This document shows positions 8,964 to 17,817 of a DNA stretch of 41,099 bases, piece by piece. The stretch spans positions 1 to 41,099 of the IMG/VR virus record IMGVR_UViG_3300037311_000471, one strand, 5' to 3'. The position numbers were made by a program, and so were the translations under genes. Below the pieces are notes generated by a model, which saw nothing but the letters and a program-made list of their open reading frames with translations, was not told where the DNA came from and made no database searches. The number at the start of each line of letters is the position of its first letter. Position 1 is the stretch's first letter. Source of the DNA: a virus (Duplodnaviria; Caudoviricetes).

Positions 8964-9618
8964 TATCAAAACTTTGTTGCAAAAACAATTCAAGCAAGTA
9001 CCTATCTCGGAAGAGTGGAAAAGCATCATAGGGGCAGTGGAACAAAACTTTACGATGATAGTCTATGGCAGGAGTGGCAGTGGCAAAACTACTTTTGTAC
9101 TGCGTATGTGCAAGGAGCTAACCAAGCATGGGAAGGTCTATTTTAACTCGGCAGAGCAAGGCTTCATCAAAAGCCTTCAAGACAATGTAAAAAGTAGTGG
9201 CATCATGGCTGGGCTAAGTGAGCAAGAGCAGGAGCAGATAGAGCGTAAGTTTATCTTTGCGGACAATGATAGCTATGAGGACATGATACAAAGACTGACT
9301 ACGAATGATGCAAGATTTATCGTCATAGATAGTATTCAGTACATGAGTCTGACCAAGACTCAGTACAAGGAACTGAAAAAGCTATTCCCAAGAAAGGCAA
9401 TCGTCATGGTAAGTCATGCGGCAGGGGATAAGCCCAAAGGCGAACACGCAAAAGGGATAGAGTATGATGTAGGCGTGAAGTGCTATGTAAGTGATGGCGT
9501 GACTTATGTGAATAGTAGGTATGGTGAAACAAAGCCGTATCAGATTTTTCCAGCCAAAAAGCAGATGAAGGTGGTCAGTATGAAAGGGACTTTGTTTGAA
9601 AAGCAAGCAGATAATTAA
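8944..9618 (+). CDS. RecA/RadA(Sms)-like P-loop ATPase
   Basis: Walker A 'GRSGSGKT', 'YFNSAEQG' and Walker B 'FIVIDSIQ'. Confidence 0.85.
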   Translation: MAGKSFSIKTLLQKQFKQVPISEEWKSIIGAVEQNFTMIVYGRSGSGKTTFVLRMCKELTKHGKVYFNSAEQGFIKSLQDNVKSSGIMAGLSEQEQEQIERKFIFADNDSYEDMIQRLTTNDARFIVIDSIQYMSLTKTQYKELKKLFPRKAIVMVSHAAGDKPKGEHAKGIEYDVGVKCYVSDGVTYVNSRYGETKPYQIFPAKKQMKVVSMKGTLFEKQADN

Positions 9619-9651
9619 ATTTTAATTAACGTTTAAATACAATTTAAAACT

Positions 9652-10350
9652 ATGAGTGAAGTAGCAGAAAAAGCGAAAGTTAGGAAAACAACGAACATTA
9701 AGCGCATGAGTGCTGATGAGCTAAGGATTTTATTAGCAGAACGCGAGGCAAAGGAAGCCAGAGAAAAAGTCTATCGGACCGAAAAGCAAGCATGGAGAGC
9801 CAAAAAAGATGATTGGATTAAAGCAGTTCTTTTGGAGGCGGTGAGCTATCAGGAGTTTTTAAAGAAATTCAAAGAAAATGCGCTCACAAAATGTGAGGAG
9901 CTATATGATGAATACTTTGTAACTATCTCGGGAAATGACAAGAGCAAACGTCCTGACGTGTTTACGCTCACGACCGAAGATGACAGCATGAGGGTAGAGT
10001 TTGATGCAAGCGACTTGCTCAAATTTGATGAAACGGCACAATCTGCTGTAACCAAAATTCATACTTGGTTAGAAACCAAATTTAAGGGCAGAGAGGAAAC
10101 CAAAGTAGCCTATTCAATCATCAATCAGGCACTTTCCAAAAACAAACTTGGGCAATATAACCCGCTTATCGTCTATAAACTCAAAAAGGTAAGGGACAGA
10201 GATGGCGTAAGAGACGTGGAGTTTGTAAATGCCTTAGAAGAGTTAGAGCAGAGCCTCAAACAAGCAGGCAAAGCAAGCTATATTCGTTTTTATCAAAAAG
10301 ATGAAAACAACAAATGGGAGAATATTACGCTTCAATTTAGTGCCTTGTAA
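9652..10350 (+). CDS. DUF3164-like Mu-type early protein
   Basis: C-terminal 'SYIRFYQKDENNKWENITLQFSAL' and 'LKFDETAQSA..KI' pattern recognised. Confidence 0.75.
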   Translation: MSEVAEKAKVRKTTNIKRMSADELRILLAEREAKEAREKVYRTEKQAWRAKKDDWIKAVLLEAVSYQEFLKKFKENALTKCEELYDEYFVTISGNDKSKRPDVFTLTTEDDSMRVEFDASDLLKFDETAQSAVTKIHTWLETKFKGREETKVAYSIINQALSKNKLGQYNPLIVYKLKKVRDRDGVRDVEFVNALEELEQSLKQAGKASYIRFYQKDENNKWENITLQFSAL

Positions 10351-10355
10351 ATCAA

Positions 10356-10402
10356 AACCTTAACCACTGACAGCGTTTGCAACGACTGTCATGGTTAGGT
10401 TT
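10356..10402. repeat. Long intergenic hairpin of a REP-like family (second copy at 25296-25330)
   Basis: AACCACTGACAGCGTTTGCAACGACTGTCATGGTT versus AACCACTGGCAGGGTCTGCGACCACTGACAGGGTT. Confidence 0.6.
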
Positions 10403-10430
10403 CTAAATCAAAAAAAAGTTCTTTTGAAAT

Positions 10431-10895
10431 ATGAGAAAATTTAGAGTGAGCTATCCAAATGTGGAGGGTTACTTTCTCTACGGGTATGATGAAAAAGATG
10501 ATACACTATGCTATTTTGAGCGGGTGAATCGTGCCATCTTGGACTTTGGAAGATTCAAAGAGTATCTGCCTGAATGCGCTCGGCACGTAGAAAATCTAAG
10601 GAAAAACGGCTTCAACGTAGAGGAAATCATAGAAGTATCCTTTGAAAACTTCTGGAATCTGTATGATGACAAGCGCGATAAGACCAAGACAAAGGCGATT
10701 TGGGACAGGCTCAGTGAGAATAGACGCAAGCAATATTTTGATTGGGTGAAGCCTTATTTCAAGTTTCTCCAAGAAAAGCATCAAGGCACAGACTGGACGC
10801 AGTTTAAGAAAATGGCGAAGTCTTATCTAAGCAAGGAAAATGCGCCTTGGGAAGATGAGGCAATTAGGAAGTATGCGAAAAAGGAGGGCAGGTAG
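10431..10895 (+). CDS. Phage hypothetical protein with a helical domain of the 'FE.FW..Y.KK..K....W..L' type
   Basis: 'SFENFWNLYDDKRDKTKTKAIWDRLS' motif. Confidence 0.7.
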   Translation: MRKFRVSYPNVEGYFLYGYDEKDDTLCYFERVNRAILDFGRFKEYLPECARHVENLRKNGFNVEEIIEVSFENFWNLYDDKRDKTKTKAIWDRLSENRRKQYFDWVKPYFKFLQEKHQGTDWTQFKKMAKSYLSKENAPWEDEAIRKYAKKEGR

Positions 10896-10950
10896 CCTCA
10901 CGCCCTGAAGGGCATGGTTAATCTTATAACCCTACGCTTTAGCGTGGGGA
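10892..10950. repeat. GTAG-type REP doublet (REPIN-like)
   Basis: GTAG followed by two hairpins; 10927-10950 is the exact reverse complement of 28419-28442; degenerate copy at 17146-17205. Confidence 0.7.
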
Positions 10951-10978
10951 ACTAAACTAAAAATTATTGGATAGTTAA

Positions 10979-11335
10979 ATGATGACGCAAGAGGTAATGG
11001 TAAACACATTAGTGAGAAACCCTGAGTCTGGAGAAAGTGAATTTTTCCTACAAGTAGGGGAGGTAGTAGTCATAGAAGGATTTGAGGAATTTCAATTTGC
11101 ACTTTGTCAAGGACTTGACTATGATTATGGTAAGAAAAAATTTAAAGTTCAACCCAAAAAATGGAACGTGATGGAACTAAACACAGGAAGGGCTATTTAC
11201 GGCTTAGTTAGTTCTTATAATTCTAAGCAAGAGGCGATAAAAGAAGCAAAAGTAATTTTACAAATTCAAGGTAAGGAAAAGTTAATCAAGCAAATAGAAC
11301 TTTTAGCCATTAAAAATTATGACATCACCCCGTAA
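10979..11335 (+). CDS. Hypothetical protein
   Basis: 118 aa, overlaps the next gene. Confidence 0.65.
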   Translation: MMTQEVMVNTLVRNPESGESEFFLQVGEVVVIEGFEEFQFALCQGLDYDYGKKKFKVQPKKWNVMELNTGRAIYGLVSSYNSKQEAIKEAKVILQIQGKEKLIKQIELLAIKNYDITP

Positions 11336-11726
11336 CTACAAGCAATTCTACGCACTATTAGACAAGGCGGGAATGAAGGAAGAAAAAGCGCAACTATGCA
11401 GCGTGTATAGCAAGGGGCGCACAGCGCGTGCGAAAGAACTGACCACAAGTGAGTATAGCGAACTGATTGGACATTTGCAAGCGCAGGCGAACATAGTCGC
11501 TACGCATGAGGTCAGGGACAGGAAGCGAAAAAGGGTGATTGCGATTATGGCATCGCGCGGGTACGTGAGCGATGGAAAGCCTGATATGACCGAAATTTAC
11601 AAATGGGTAGAAGACAAGGGGTGTCATAAGCCTAAAAAGTTGAATGCGTATAGCAGTGAGGAATTGAGTGATTTGATATACCAGTTAGAACAGATTAGGG
11701 ACTGGTATAAAGATAATGGATTGTGA
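11319..11726 (+). CDS. GemA / DUF1018-like Mu regulatory protein
   Basis: 'GRTARAKELTTSEYSELIGHL..DRKRKRVIA..LNAYSSEELSDLIYQLE'; last gene of the early operon. Confidence 0.7.
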   Translation: MTSPRNYKQFYALLDKAGMKEEKAQLCSVYSKGRTARAKELTTSEYSELIGHLQAQANIVATHEVRDRKRKRVIAIMASRGYVSDGKPDMTEIYKWVEDKGCHKPKKLNAYSSEELSDLIYQLEQIRDWYKDNGL

Positions 11727-11760
11727 ATGTTTTAATTATATAGTTTTTAGGTTAGATAGT

Positions 11761-11796
11761 ACAACCTACTTGCATTGCGGGTAGGTTGTTTTTTTT
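11761..11796 (+). terminator. Intrinsic terminator ending the early operon
   Basis: ACAACCTAC...GTAGGTTGT stem followed by a T-run. Confidence 0.8.
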
Positions 11797-11830
11797 CATC
11801 ATTTATAATTCATAACTCATTATTTATTAT

Positions 11831-11879
11831 TATCTTTGTAGCACACACTATCCTTACACCCTCCTCGCCTTGTTTTTTA
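11831..11879 (+). promoter_or_regulatory. Promoter (-7 box TATCTTTG) and leader motif shared with the late control region
   Basis: TATCTTTG at 11831-11838; CACACACTA..ACACCCTC..CGCCT..GTTTTTTA also found on the minus strand at 25744-25784. Confidence 0.65.
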
Positions 11880-11972
11880 AATTATTAATGAATACAAAAT
11901 CTGGAATTAAGCATTAGAAATTTTATTCCAAATTAAAAGATTCCAAATTCAAAAATTTATAATTAAAAAAAC

Positions 11973-13598
11973 ATGGTCATCAAAATTTATAGGTCAGGCA
12001 ATTACGTACTGGCGTTTGACAATACCACTAACGCACAGTTATTCCGCGTATTGAGCAGAAACATCTTAGCGACCAACTTCACTGGGCAAGTCCGCATCAT
12101 GCACCTGCTTACGGGGCAGGTGTTTGCCACTGAAAACTTTGGCGACTACATCAAGCAGGACAATACAGCTTACGGTGCTAATATTACCGATACCATTACG
12201 GCACTCAACGCCATGCTCGAGTTCAATGCAGGCACAGGCACAGGCGGGAGTGGTGGCAGTGGTGCTGGTGGCTCTGCAAACTGGGGCAATATTGGCGGAG
12301 TCTTAGCCAATCAAACAGACCTTGTGACCGCGCTGAGTGGCAAGGCTAATGCCTCACACACACACGCCAAAAGCGAGGTCGGACTTGGCGATGTCCCAAA
12401 TTTAGACACGTCTAATCCTATCAATATTGCCCAAAACAGCACGCATCGCTTTGTAAGCGATGCGGAAAAAGCCACTTGGAACGCAAGCCAACAAGCCTCC
12501 GCCTCCTTCACCCAACAAACCAACGGCGATTACCTTAGCCCTACCTTTGTTGCCAACATACCTATCGTATTTTTGGGGGCAAACTACCCACAGACCGCCA
12601 TCGCCAACCAAATGCGTTGGTATGACAAATGGGAACAAATCAGACCAAACGCACCCACAACCTTAGCCACCACTGCCGTACTCAGTACCTCCGCAGACCT
12701 GACTTGGGTAGCACCTACATTTAGAAACAAAGCGCAAGCCTTTGTTGCACACACCAATATCTTATATTCCGTAGAATATCGTGTAGTCGGCGCACCTTCT
12801 TGGACAGTATTCGCACAAGTCGCTACACTCACCGCCCAACTTACTGGACTAACCGCCACGGTCAATTATCAGGTTAGGGTAAGAGCATTGTTTGATTATG
12901 ACCTCGGAGAAACTATGTCAGACGATAGCAATATTATATCCTTTACCACCCCAGCCGTCCCCACACGTTGGGCATTGATAAACGCTTTTAGCGGTGCAAC
13001 CAGAACATTCAGACAGAACAATACAGCAGGCTACGCAGTTACAGACGGTCAAGCACGTGCAGGGCAAGAGTTCACCTACTCACCCGCCCTCGAAACTGGT
13101 GGTTTAGCGGGCAACGTGGACTTTACCATAATTGCCGACATACAAGTAACCGCAGGTACAAAAGTCAATGGGCAATCGCTTGTAACCCTTCGCAACTCAG
13201 CGAACAACACGCCAGCGTTCAGACTTTTAACCAATGGTGGCAATCCAAATACGCTAAACATAGACATTCGTGATGGCGCAAATGCTCAAATCATCAGCGT
13301 AACCGCTTTCACCCCTAACCTTTTTGATGGCAACCGCAAGTTTATCATCATAGAAAAAAGAGGTGTGAACGTCAGCGTTTGGGTAGGGAATCGAGGCGGT
13401 TCTGCTATCTACAACCAAAATATGTCAGCAAATACTTCTATCACAGACCGTATTCAGATAGGACATCGCACAGACTTAGCAGGGACAGTAACCGCCAACA
13501 GCTTTGGCAGTGGCATCTTTGGCGTTGCGGTCTTTATTGCAGGTACACAACCCACAACTACCAATTTGATAGACTGGTTTAATGCACCTGTTTCATAA
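11973..13598 (+). CDS. Fibre-like protein: Gly linker, tail-fibre-type repeat, fibronectin type III domain and ConA/LamG-like domain
   Basis: 'GGSGGSGAGG', 'WGNIGGVLANQTDLVTALSGKANASHTHAKSEVGLGDV', FN3 'SADLTWVAP..YSVEYR..LTGLTATVNYQVRVRA', beta-rich C-terminus 'DFTII..LFDGNRKFIII..IQIG'. Confidence 0.75.
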   Translation: MVIKIYRSGNYVLAFDNTTNAQLFRVLSRNILATNFTGQVRIMHLLTGQVFATENFGDYIKQDNTAYGANITDTITALNAMLEFNAGTGTGGSGGSGAGGSANWGNIGGVLANQTDLVTALSGKANASHTHAKSEVGLGDVPNLDTSNPINIAQNSTHRFVSDAEKATWNASQQASASFTQQTNGDYLSPTFVANIPIVFLGANYPQTAIANQMRWYDKWEQIRPNAPTTLATTAVLSTSADLTWVAPTFRNKAQAFVAHTNILYSVEYRVVGAPSWTVFAQVATLTAQLTGLTATVNYQVRVRALFDYDLGETMSDDSNIISFTTPAVPTRWALINAFSGATRTFRQNNTAGYAVTDGQARAGQEFTYSPALETGGLAGNVDFTIIADIQVTAGTKVNGQSLVTLRNSANNTPAFRLLTNGGNPNTLNIDIRDGANAQIISVTAFTPNLFDGNRKFIIIEKRGVNVSVWVGNRGGSAIYNQNMSANTSITDRIQIGHRTDLAGTVTANSFGSGIFGVAVFIAGTQPTTTNLIDWFNAPVS

Positions 13599-13623
13599 TG
13601 ATTAATTTTAAAACATCTAAAAA

Positions 13624-15417
13624 ATGAAAAATATATTTTTATTATTATTTTTATTACTTGGTTTTCAAAGTTTTGCCCAAAATGCCATCGTCTATTACAA
13701 CGGCAAAACAGGCACGTATCCTGCTCGCCCTGCCACCTCCCAAAAGGTCAGGTACATCGGGCAGGTTAGCCCTGCAGAAATTGGCGCAAACGGGTTTCGC
13801 TTAGGGTACGACATTTGGACGATAGATGCCGTCAAGCCTACCGTTACCATAGACATCAACGCAGGCAATATTGCCACTTTGCAAACCTTGATAAACAACA
13901 GTAGCAACGCAGTAACCACACGCTTTTTCTTTCGTGCCTCTGTCCCAACGACTTACAGAGACATAAGCCTGAATTGCAGTGCCAAAGAAGGCATACAATT
14001 TGTGGGAGAAACAGATGCTCAGGGCAGAAACTTAGTAACTTTTAATGGAAGCACCTTACTGACTTCTTGGACGCTGGACGCAGGCAAATATCGCCACAGC
14101 GTAACAGGGCTAACCACCTTTACAGACCCTTTGGATTCGGTATTTTGCGAAACTGGATTCCGTTGTCATATAGAACAATTAGTCTATAGAAACCACAAGC
14201 CACTTATTCCAGTCAGTTCGGTCGCACTGGTCAATGATTCTACCAAATTTTTCTTTGATTCGTCTTTGGGTAGAGTTTGGATAAGCACCAACCCAAGCGG
14301 TGCAACCTTAGAATATGCACAGTACAAGTCCGCTATTCATTGTGGCGTAACCGCCGCCAATTACCCTAATGCGACCTCCAATGTGGTCGTCAAAAATTTA
14401 AACTTTGAAAAATATACTGGAAACACGACCGTAGGTGTCGTAGGGGGACGAGGGTATATTTATACGACTGGGTTCGCTTACCCAAGTGGAACAGCAGTAT
14501 TTGGCTGGCTCGTCATGAATTGTAACTTTAACTTGAATCGTGGAACTTCCATATTCTTACATAGCAGAGGCACAGCCATCGGCAATAACATTACAGATAC
14601 AGGCATTACCAGTGTAACGTCCACCTATCCTGCTACAAGGTCAGGGTACAACCCAACTTCTTACACCAATATCCTCAACAATGTCATCACCGCAGACGGC
14701 TGGGCAGGCGTGAGCAGTGGCTATCACAACGGACTCAAAGTAGTTTCACAAAGAAAAGTTAAAATCAAAGGCAATATCGTAAAGTATTCAGGCTTAGGCT
14801 TTTGGAACAGACCTTGTAAAACGTATTCTATTTGGTACGATTACAATGACGACGGAATATGTGAGAACAATTACATCTACAATTCTTACGGTGCACCCTT
14901 GCACATTGAGGCGAGCAACAATACCTTAGTACAGGGCAATATCGTCTATGACAATGTGCTTGCACAGATTACCCCTGCCCCTCACGCCGCAGGTATCTAT
15001 ATCGTAACGGGCAATAACAATATCATTCGCAACAATAGATTTGAATTTAGAAAAATATTAGCTCCGACTAATTATGATGTAAAGCTATTTTTCTTGCGAA
15101 AAAGCACTGCTACCTACGGAGGGAGTTTGTTTACTGGGCAGTCGTTTACGTGCAGTAACAATCAGATTATCAACAATATATTTATCTTGAACAATACCTC
15201 TGGCTTCAATAGCATGGAGTTTCAAAGCGCAGATACAGCAGTTTCACCAGTATATTCATGGGTATATAACAACGGTAACATTTTTCGCAACAATACCCTG
15301 ACCATTAAAGGTTTAGCTACGCAAAACTTTATCATTACAGGCGCAGGTACGGTCAATCTAAGTACTTGGGAATCGTATAGCACTAACTTTCAAAGTAATA
15401 CAATTACAGGGAATTAG
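13624..15417 (+). CDS. Sec-signal, right-handed parallel beta-helix (pectin-lyase fold) protein; possible depolymerase or adhesin
   Basis: MKNIFLLLFLLLGFQSFA|Q; Asn-rich repeats such as 'ICENNYIYNSYG..LHIEASNNTLVQGNIVYDN' and 'NNIIRNNRF'. Confidence 0.8.
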   Translation: MKNIFLLLFLLLGFQSFAQNAIVYYNGKTGTYPARPATSQKVRYIGQVSPAEIGANGFRLGYDIWTIDAVKPTVTIDINAGNIATLQTLINNSSNAVTTRFFFRASVPTTYRDISLNCSAKEGIQFVGETDAQGRNLVTFNGSTLLTSWTLDAGKYRHSVTGLTTFTDPLDSVFCETGFRCHIEQLVYRNHKPLIPVSSVALVNDSTKFFFDSSLGRVWISTNPSGATLEYAQYKSAIHCGVTAANYPNATSNVVVKNLNFEKYTGNTTVGVVGGRGYIYTTGFAYPSGTAVFGWLVMNCNFNLNRGTSIFLHSRGTAIGNNITDTGITSVTSTYPATRSGYNPTSYTNILNNVITADGWAGVSSGYHNGLKVVSQRKVKIKGNIVKYSGLGFWNRPCKTYSIWYDYNDDGICENNYIYNSYGAPLHIEASNNTLVQGNIVYDNVLAQITPAPHAAGIYIVTGNNNIIRNNRFEFRKILAPTNYDVKLFFLRKSTATYGGSLFTGQSFTCSNNQIINNIFILNNTSGFNSMEFQSADTAVSPVYSWVYNNGNIFRNNTLTIKGLATQNFIITGAGTVNLSTWESYSTNFQSNTITGN

Positions 15418-15418
15418 C

Positions 15419-16303
15419 TTATTTTTTCTTCTTTATCTTGCAATCTTGGTCAAGCATTTTCTTATAGCCTTTTTTGAGTTCTTTTTGTACCTCTTTGATT
15501 TTGTTCTCTTTGGGCAGGTTTTCTGGATTTTTGCCTGTGTTTTCTTTAACAATTTTTCTTACCTCCTGCCCTACTTTGAAGTGTGTTTGCTCTAAATTTG
15601 CCTGTCCTTTGATGCCAAAGTTTTTGATTCTTTCCTCTGTTTGGGTGATTCGGAATAGGTTAGCGGCAAGTTCTGCCCTGCCCATGTACTCGTATAGCTC
15701 TTTTGCTTCTATTTTGCGCTTGCGAGCCAGCTCTACGTTTATCATGTTGTACATACCCATGTAGCCTGCGTTTTGGAACTTGGCGTAGTCTTCTACACCT
15801 GCGTGATGGGCGATGGAAGATAGGCTTTTGTTACCTTCTTTGATTTCCTCTCTGGATAGGATTCGCTCAAACTCCTCATGGTTTTCTATGAGCATTTCCA
15901 TTCGCCTTGTCTGCTCTACAAAGTATAGCTGTGCCTCTGCAACTTGTTTTTTCTTTGTATCAGCATTCATAGCAGTAAGGTAGCAAGCAAAGCGAGTGAG
16001 TTTGAAGTCTTGAAAGGTGTTGCCTTTGTCGTCTATACGCACCTCTGCCATGAAATTGGCATAGTGAGGGATTTCCAGATTCATACAGGCTTTGGTAGCT
16101 CTCTGGATAGCCTTTTCAAAGGAGGTCATGCTCTCGTAGCCGAGCATACGCATCAGGTCAGTAGCCCACCAAAAGGCGATGCCGTTTTCCTTTTTGAAGT
16201 CCTCAAAAGTAGGCGTATTGTCTGGTACTGTTAAGTTTGCTTCCATGTTGTTTTCGCTTTTTTCCTCTAACGAAGATAGTGAATCCTGCCAAATATTTTC
16301 CAT
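15419..16303 (-). CDS. dinD: DinD-like (BRO-N related) DNA-damage-inducible protein
   Basis: 'FWWATDLMRMLGY..FEKAIQRA..AC', 'DFKLTRFACYLTAMNAD.KK.QVAEAQLYF..QTR' and 'MGRAELAANLFRITQTEE'; own -7 box at 16322-16329. Confidence 0.8.
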   Translation of the reverse strand: MENIWQDSLSSLEEKSENNMEANLTVPDNTPTFEDFKKENGIAFWWATDLMRMLGYESMTSFEKAIQRATKACMNLEIPHYANFMAEVRIDDKGNTFQDFKLTRFACYLTAMNADTKKKQVAEAQLYFVEQTRRMEMLIENHEEFERILSREEIKEGNKSLSSIAHHAGVEDYAKFQNAGYMGMYNMINVELARKRKIEAKELYEYMGRAELAANLFRITQTEERIKNFGIKGQANLEQTHFKVGQEVRKIVKENTGKNPENLPKENKIKEVQKELKKGYKKMLDQDCKIKKKK

Positions 16304-16348
16304 TGTTTGTCTTTTTGAGAACAAATATACTGCCTTTTTAATTTTCGC

Positions 16349-16402
16349 ATTGCCAAAAATGAAGATATAAAAAAGCCCTCGCCACTGGCGAGGGGTTTTT
16401 TT
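16349..16402. repeat. 54-bp direct repeat copy 1 containing a bidirectional terminator
   Basis: ATTGCCAAAAATGAAGATATAAAAAAGCCCTCGCCACTGGCGAGGGGTTTTTTT; near-identical to 17236-17288. Confidence 0.9.
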
Positions 16403-16443
16403 ATCAATTTAAACTTCTCTATGACAAATAAGAAAAGTGCTTT

Positions 16444-16650
16444 TTAAGATGATTGCTTTTTAAAAAAAGTTTCATCTATTTCTTTAAACAGTTTTTCACC
16501 TTCTTTGAGCATTGCCTCTGTTTGGAGGCTTGTCTGCACTCTTAGTGCTTTGAAGTCTTCCGCTGAAAGTGATTCAAGTGCCTTTTGTTGCTCATTTGCG
16601 GGCATTTCTAAGGCTTGGTTATTAAAATTTTTCAACTCTGTTTGATTCAT
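16444..16650 (-). CDS. Small helical hypothetical protein (cassette A, gene 2)
   Basis: 68 aa, A-rich start context, followed by a terminator. Confidence 0.7.
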   Translation of the reverse strand: MNQTELKNFNNQALEMPANEQQKALESLSAEDFKALRVQTSLQTEAMLKEGEKLFKEIDETFFKKQSS

Positions 16651-16717
16651 AGTTTTATGATTTTTAAAGTTATAACGTAATTTTTAGGTAAAGCGGTCAT
16701 TTTCAGACCGCTTTTTT

Positions 16718-16930
16718 TTAGTTTTCTTTCAGATTTTTGAGTAGTAAGATTTTTTGTATTGCGTTCTTGCTACTCTCCTTGACCTTATTAATTTCTGAGA
16801 GAATTGTACTTGCTTCCTCGTAGTTTTCCAGCCTTTCAGCTTTTTTGAGTTGTTCCTCTAAGTACCGTTGTTGTTTTTCCATTACTGAAAGATACTTTTC
16901 TAATACTGCGATGGCTTCTTGTTTGTTCAT
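16718..16930 (-). CDS. Small coiled-coil hypothetical protein (cassette A, gene 1)
   Basis: MNKQEAIAVLEKYL..., includes UVR-like 'AERLENYEEAS'; -7 box at 16959-16966. Confidence 0.7.
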   Translation of the reverse strand: MNKQEAIAVLEKYLSVMEKQQRYLEEQLKKAERLENYEEASTILSEINKVKESSKNAIQKILLLKNLKEN

Positions 16931-17145
16931 AAATAAATATTTGTTTAAATTGATAGTACAAAAATAAGACATAAATATTTGATAATCAATTATTTATGTA
17001 AATATTTTAGAAAAAGCGCAATTTTTTGAAAGTTTGCTTCCATGCTGTTTTCGCCTTTGAAGCGAAAACTCCAAAATCAATTTCCTATAACACAAAAATA
17101 GCTTTACTTTTGGCATTAGACTCGTGCTATAAAAAGTTATAGCGA

Positions 17146-17205
17146 GTTCCACGCCTTAAAAGGCGTAGTTAAACTTAACACATCGCTTTAGCGGGGTGGG
17201 CTACT
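17146..17205. repeat. Degenerate REP doublet
   Basis: CACGCCTTAAAAGGCGTAG...CGCTTTAGCG...GGGCTAC, same layout as 10892-10950. Confidence 0.6.
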
Positions 17206-17235
17206 ACTAAATATAACAATCTAATACGCTTGTCT

Positions 17236-17288
17236 ATTGCCAAAAATGAAGATATAAAAAAGCCCTCGCCAGTGGCGAGGGTTTTTTT
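17236..17288. repeat. 54-bp direct repeat copy 2 containing a bidirectional terminator
   Basis: Differs from copy 1 only at the hairpin centre (G versus C) and by one G. Confidence 0.9.
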
Positions 17289-17322
17289 CAACACAAAAGT
17301 TAGCAAAATGGTAATGTGCTAA

Positions 17323-17550
17323 CTATGCTATTGAGAGCGGTTGCTCTATATTTTCTACTGGAATGCCTCTGAGTTGGGTAACTACTTGCATTAGTTTGTC
17401 TAATTTCGCTATGCCATTTTCACCAAGAACAAAGTCATTGGTTGCCTTTACTGCCTCCTCTATGATGTCAGTAATCAGTTTCATGTTGCCTTGTGCGTGT
17501 GCATTTTTGATTCTATCTACGTACACATCTACATTAAAATCGTATATCAT
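17323..17550 (-). CDS. Small hypothetical protein (cassette B, gene 2)
   Basis: 75 aa, followed by the repeat terminator. Confidence 0.7.
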   Translation of the reverse strand: MIYDFNVDVYVDRIKNAHAQGNMKLITDIIEEAVKATNDFVLGENGIAKLDKLMQVVTQLRGIPVENIEQPLSIA

Positions 17551-17601
17551 CTTTTTTTTAGGGTTAAAAACAAGGGTAGCCCGCTACCCTTGTTTTGTTG
17601 T

Positions 17602-17778
17602 TTACTTTTTCTTTTTTTCCTCTGCTATTTCAGCTCTTAATGCTTGAATTTCATCTTCTAATTGCTTTTGTTGGGCGTGGGCAGTTTCTATGTCCATTTC
17701 CCCAGATTCAAGTAGTTTGATGACGTTTTCTAACATTCTTTCCTTGAAAAGCAAAATTGCTTCTTTTAGTGTTACCAT
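17602..17778 (-). CDS. Small coiled-coil hypothetical protein (cassette B, gene 1)
   Basis: MVTLKEAILLFKERML...; -7 box at 17818-17825. Confidence 0.65.
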   Translation of the reverse strand: MVTLKEAILLFKERMLENVIKLLESGEMDIETAHAQQKQLEDEIQALRAEIAEEKKKK

Positions 17779-17817
17779 TTTTTTAAAGAACTTTTGTGTT
17801 GTGTCATATTGACAATA

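Noticed and set aside
13624-15417. T9SS-secreted cargo
   Set aside because: No recognisable C-terminal T9SS sorting domain; the beta-helix-type sequence runs to the stop codon
16349-17288. CRISPR array or integron attC array
   Set aside because: Only two copies 887 bp apart, terminator-like structure, no cas or integron integrase gene, and no attC core-site layout
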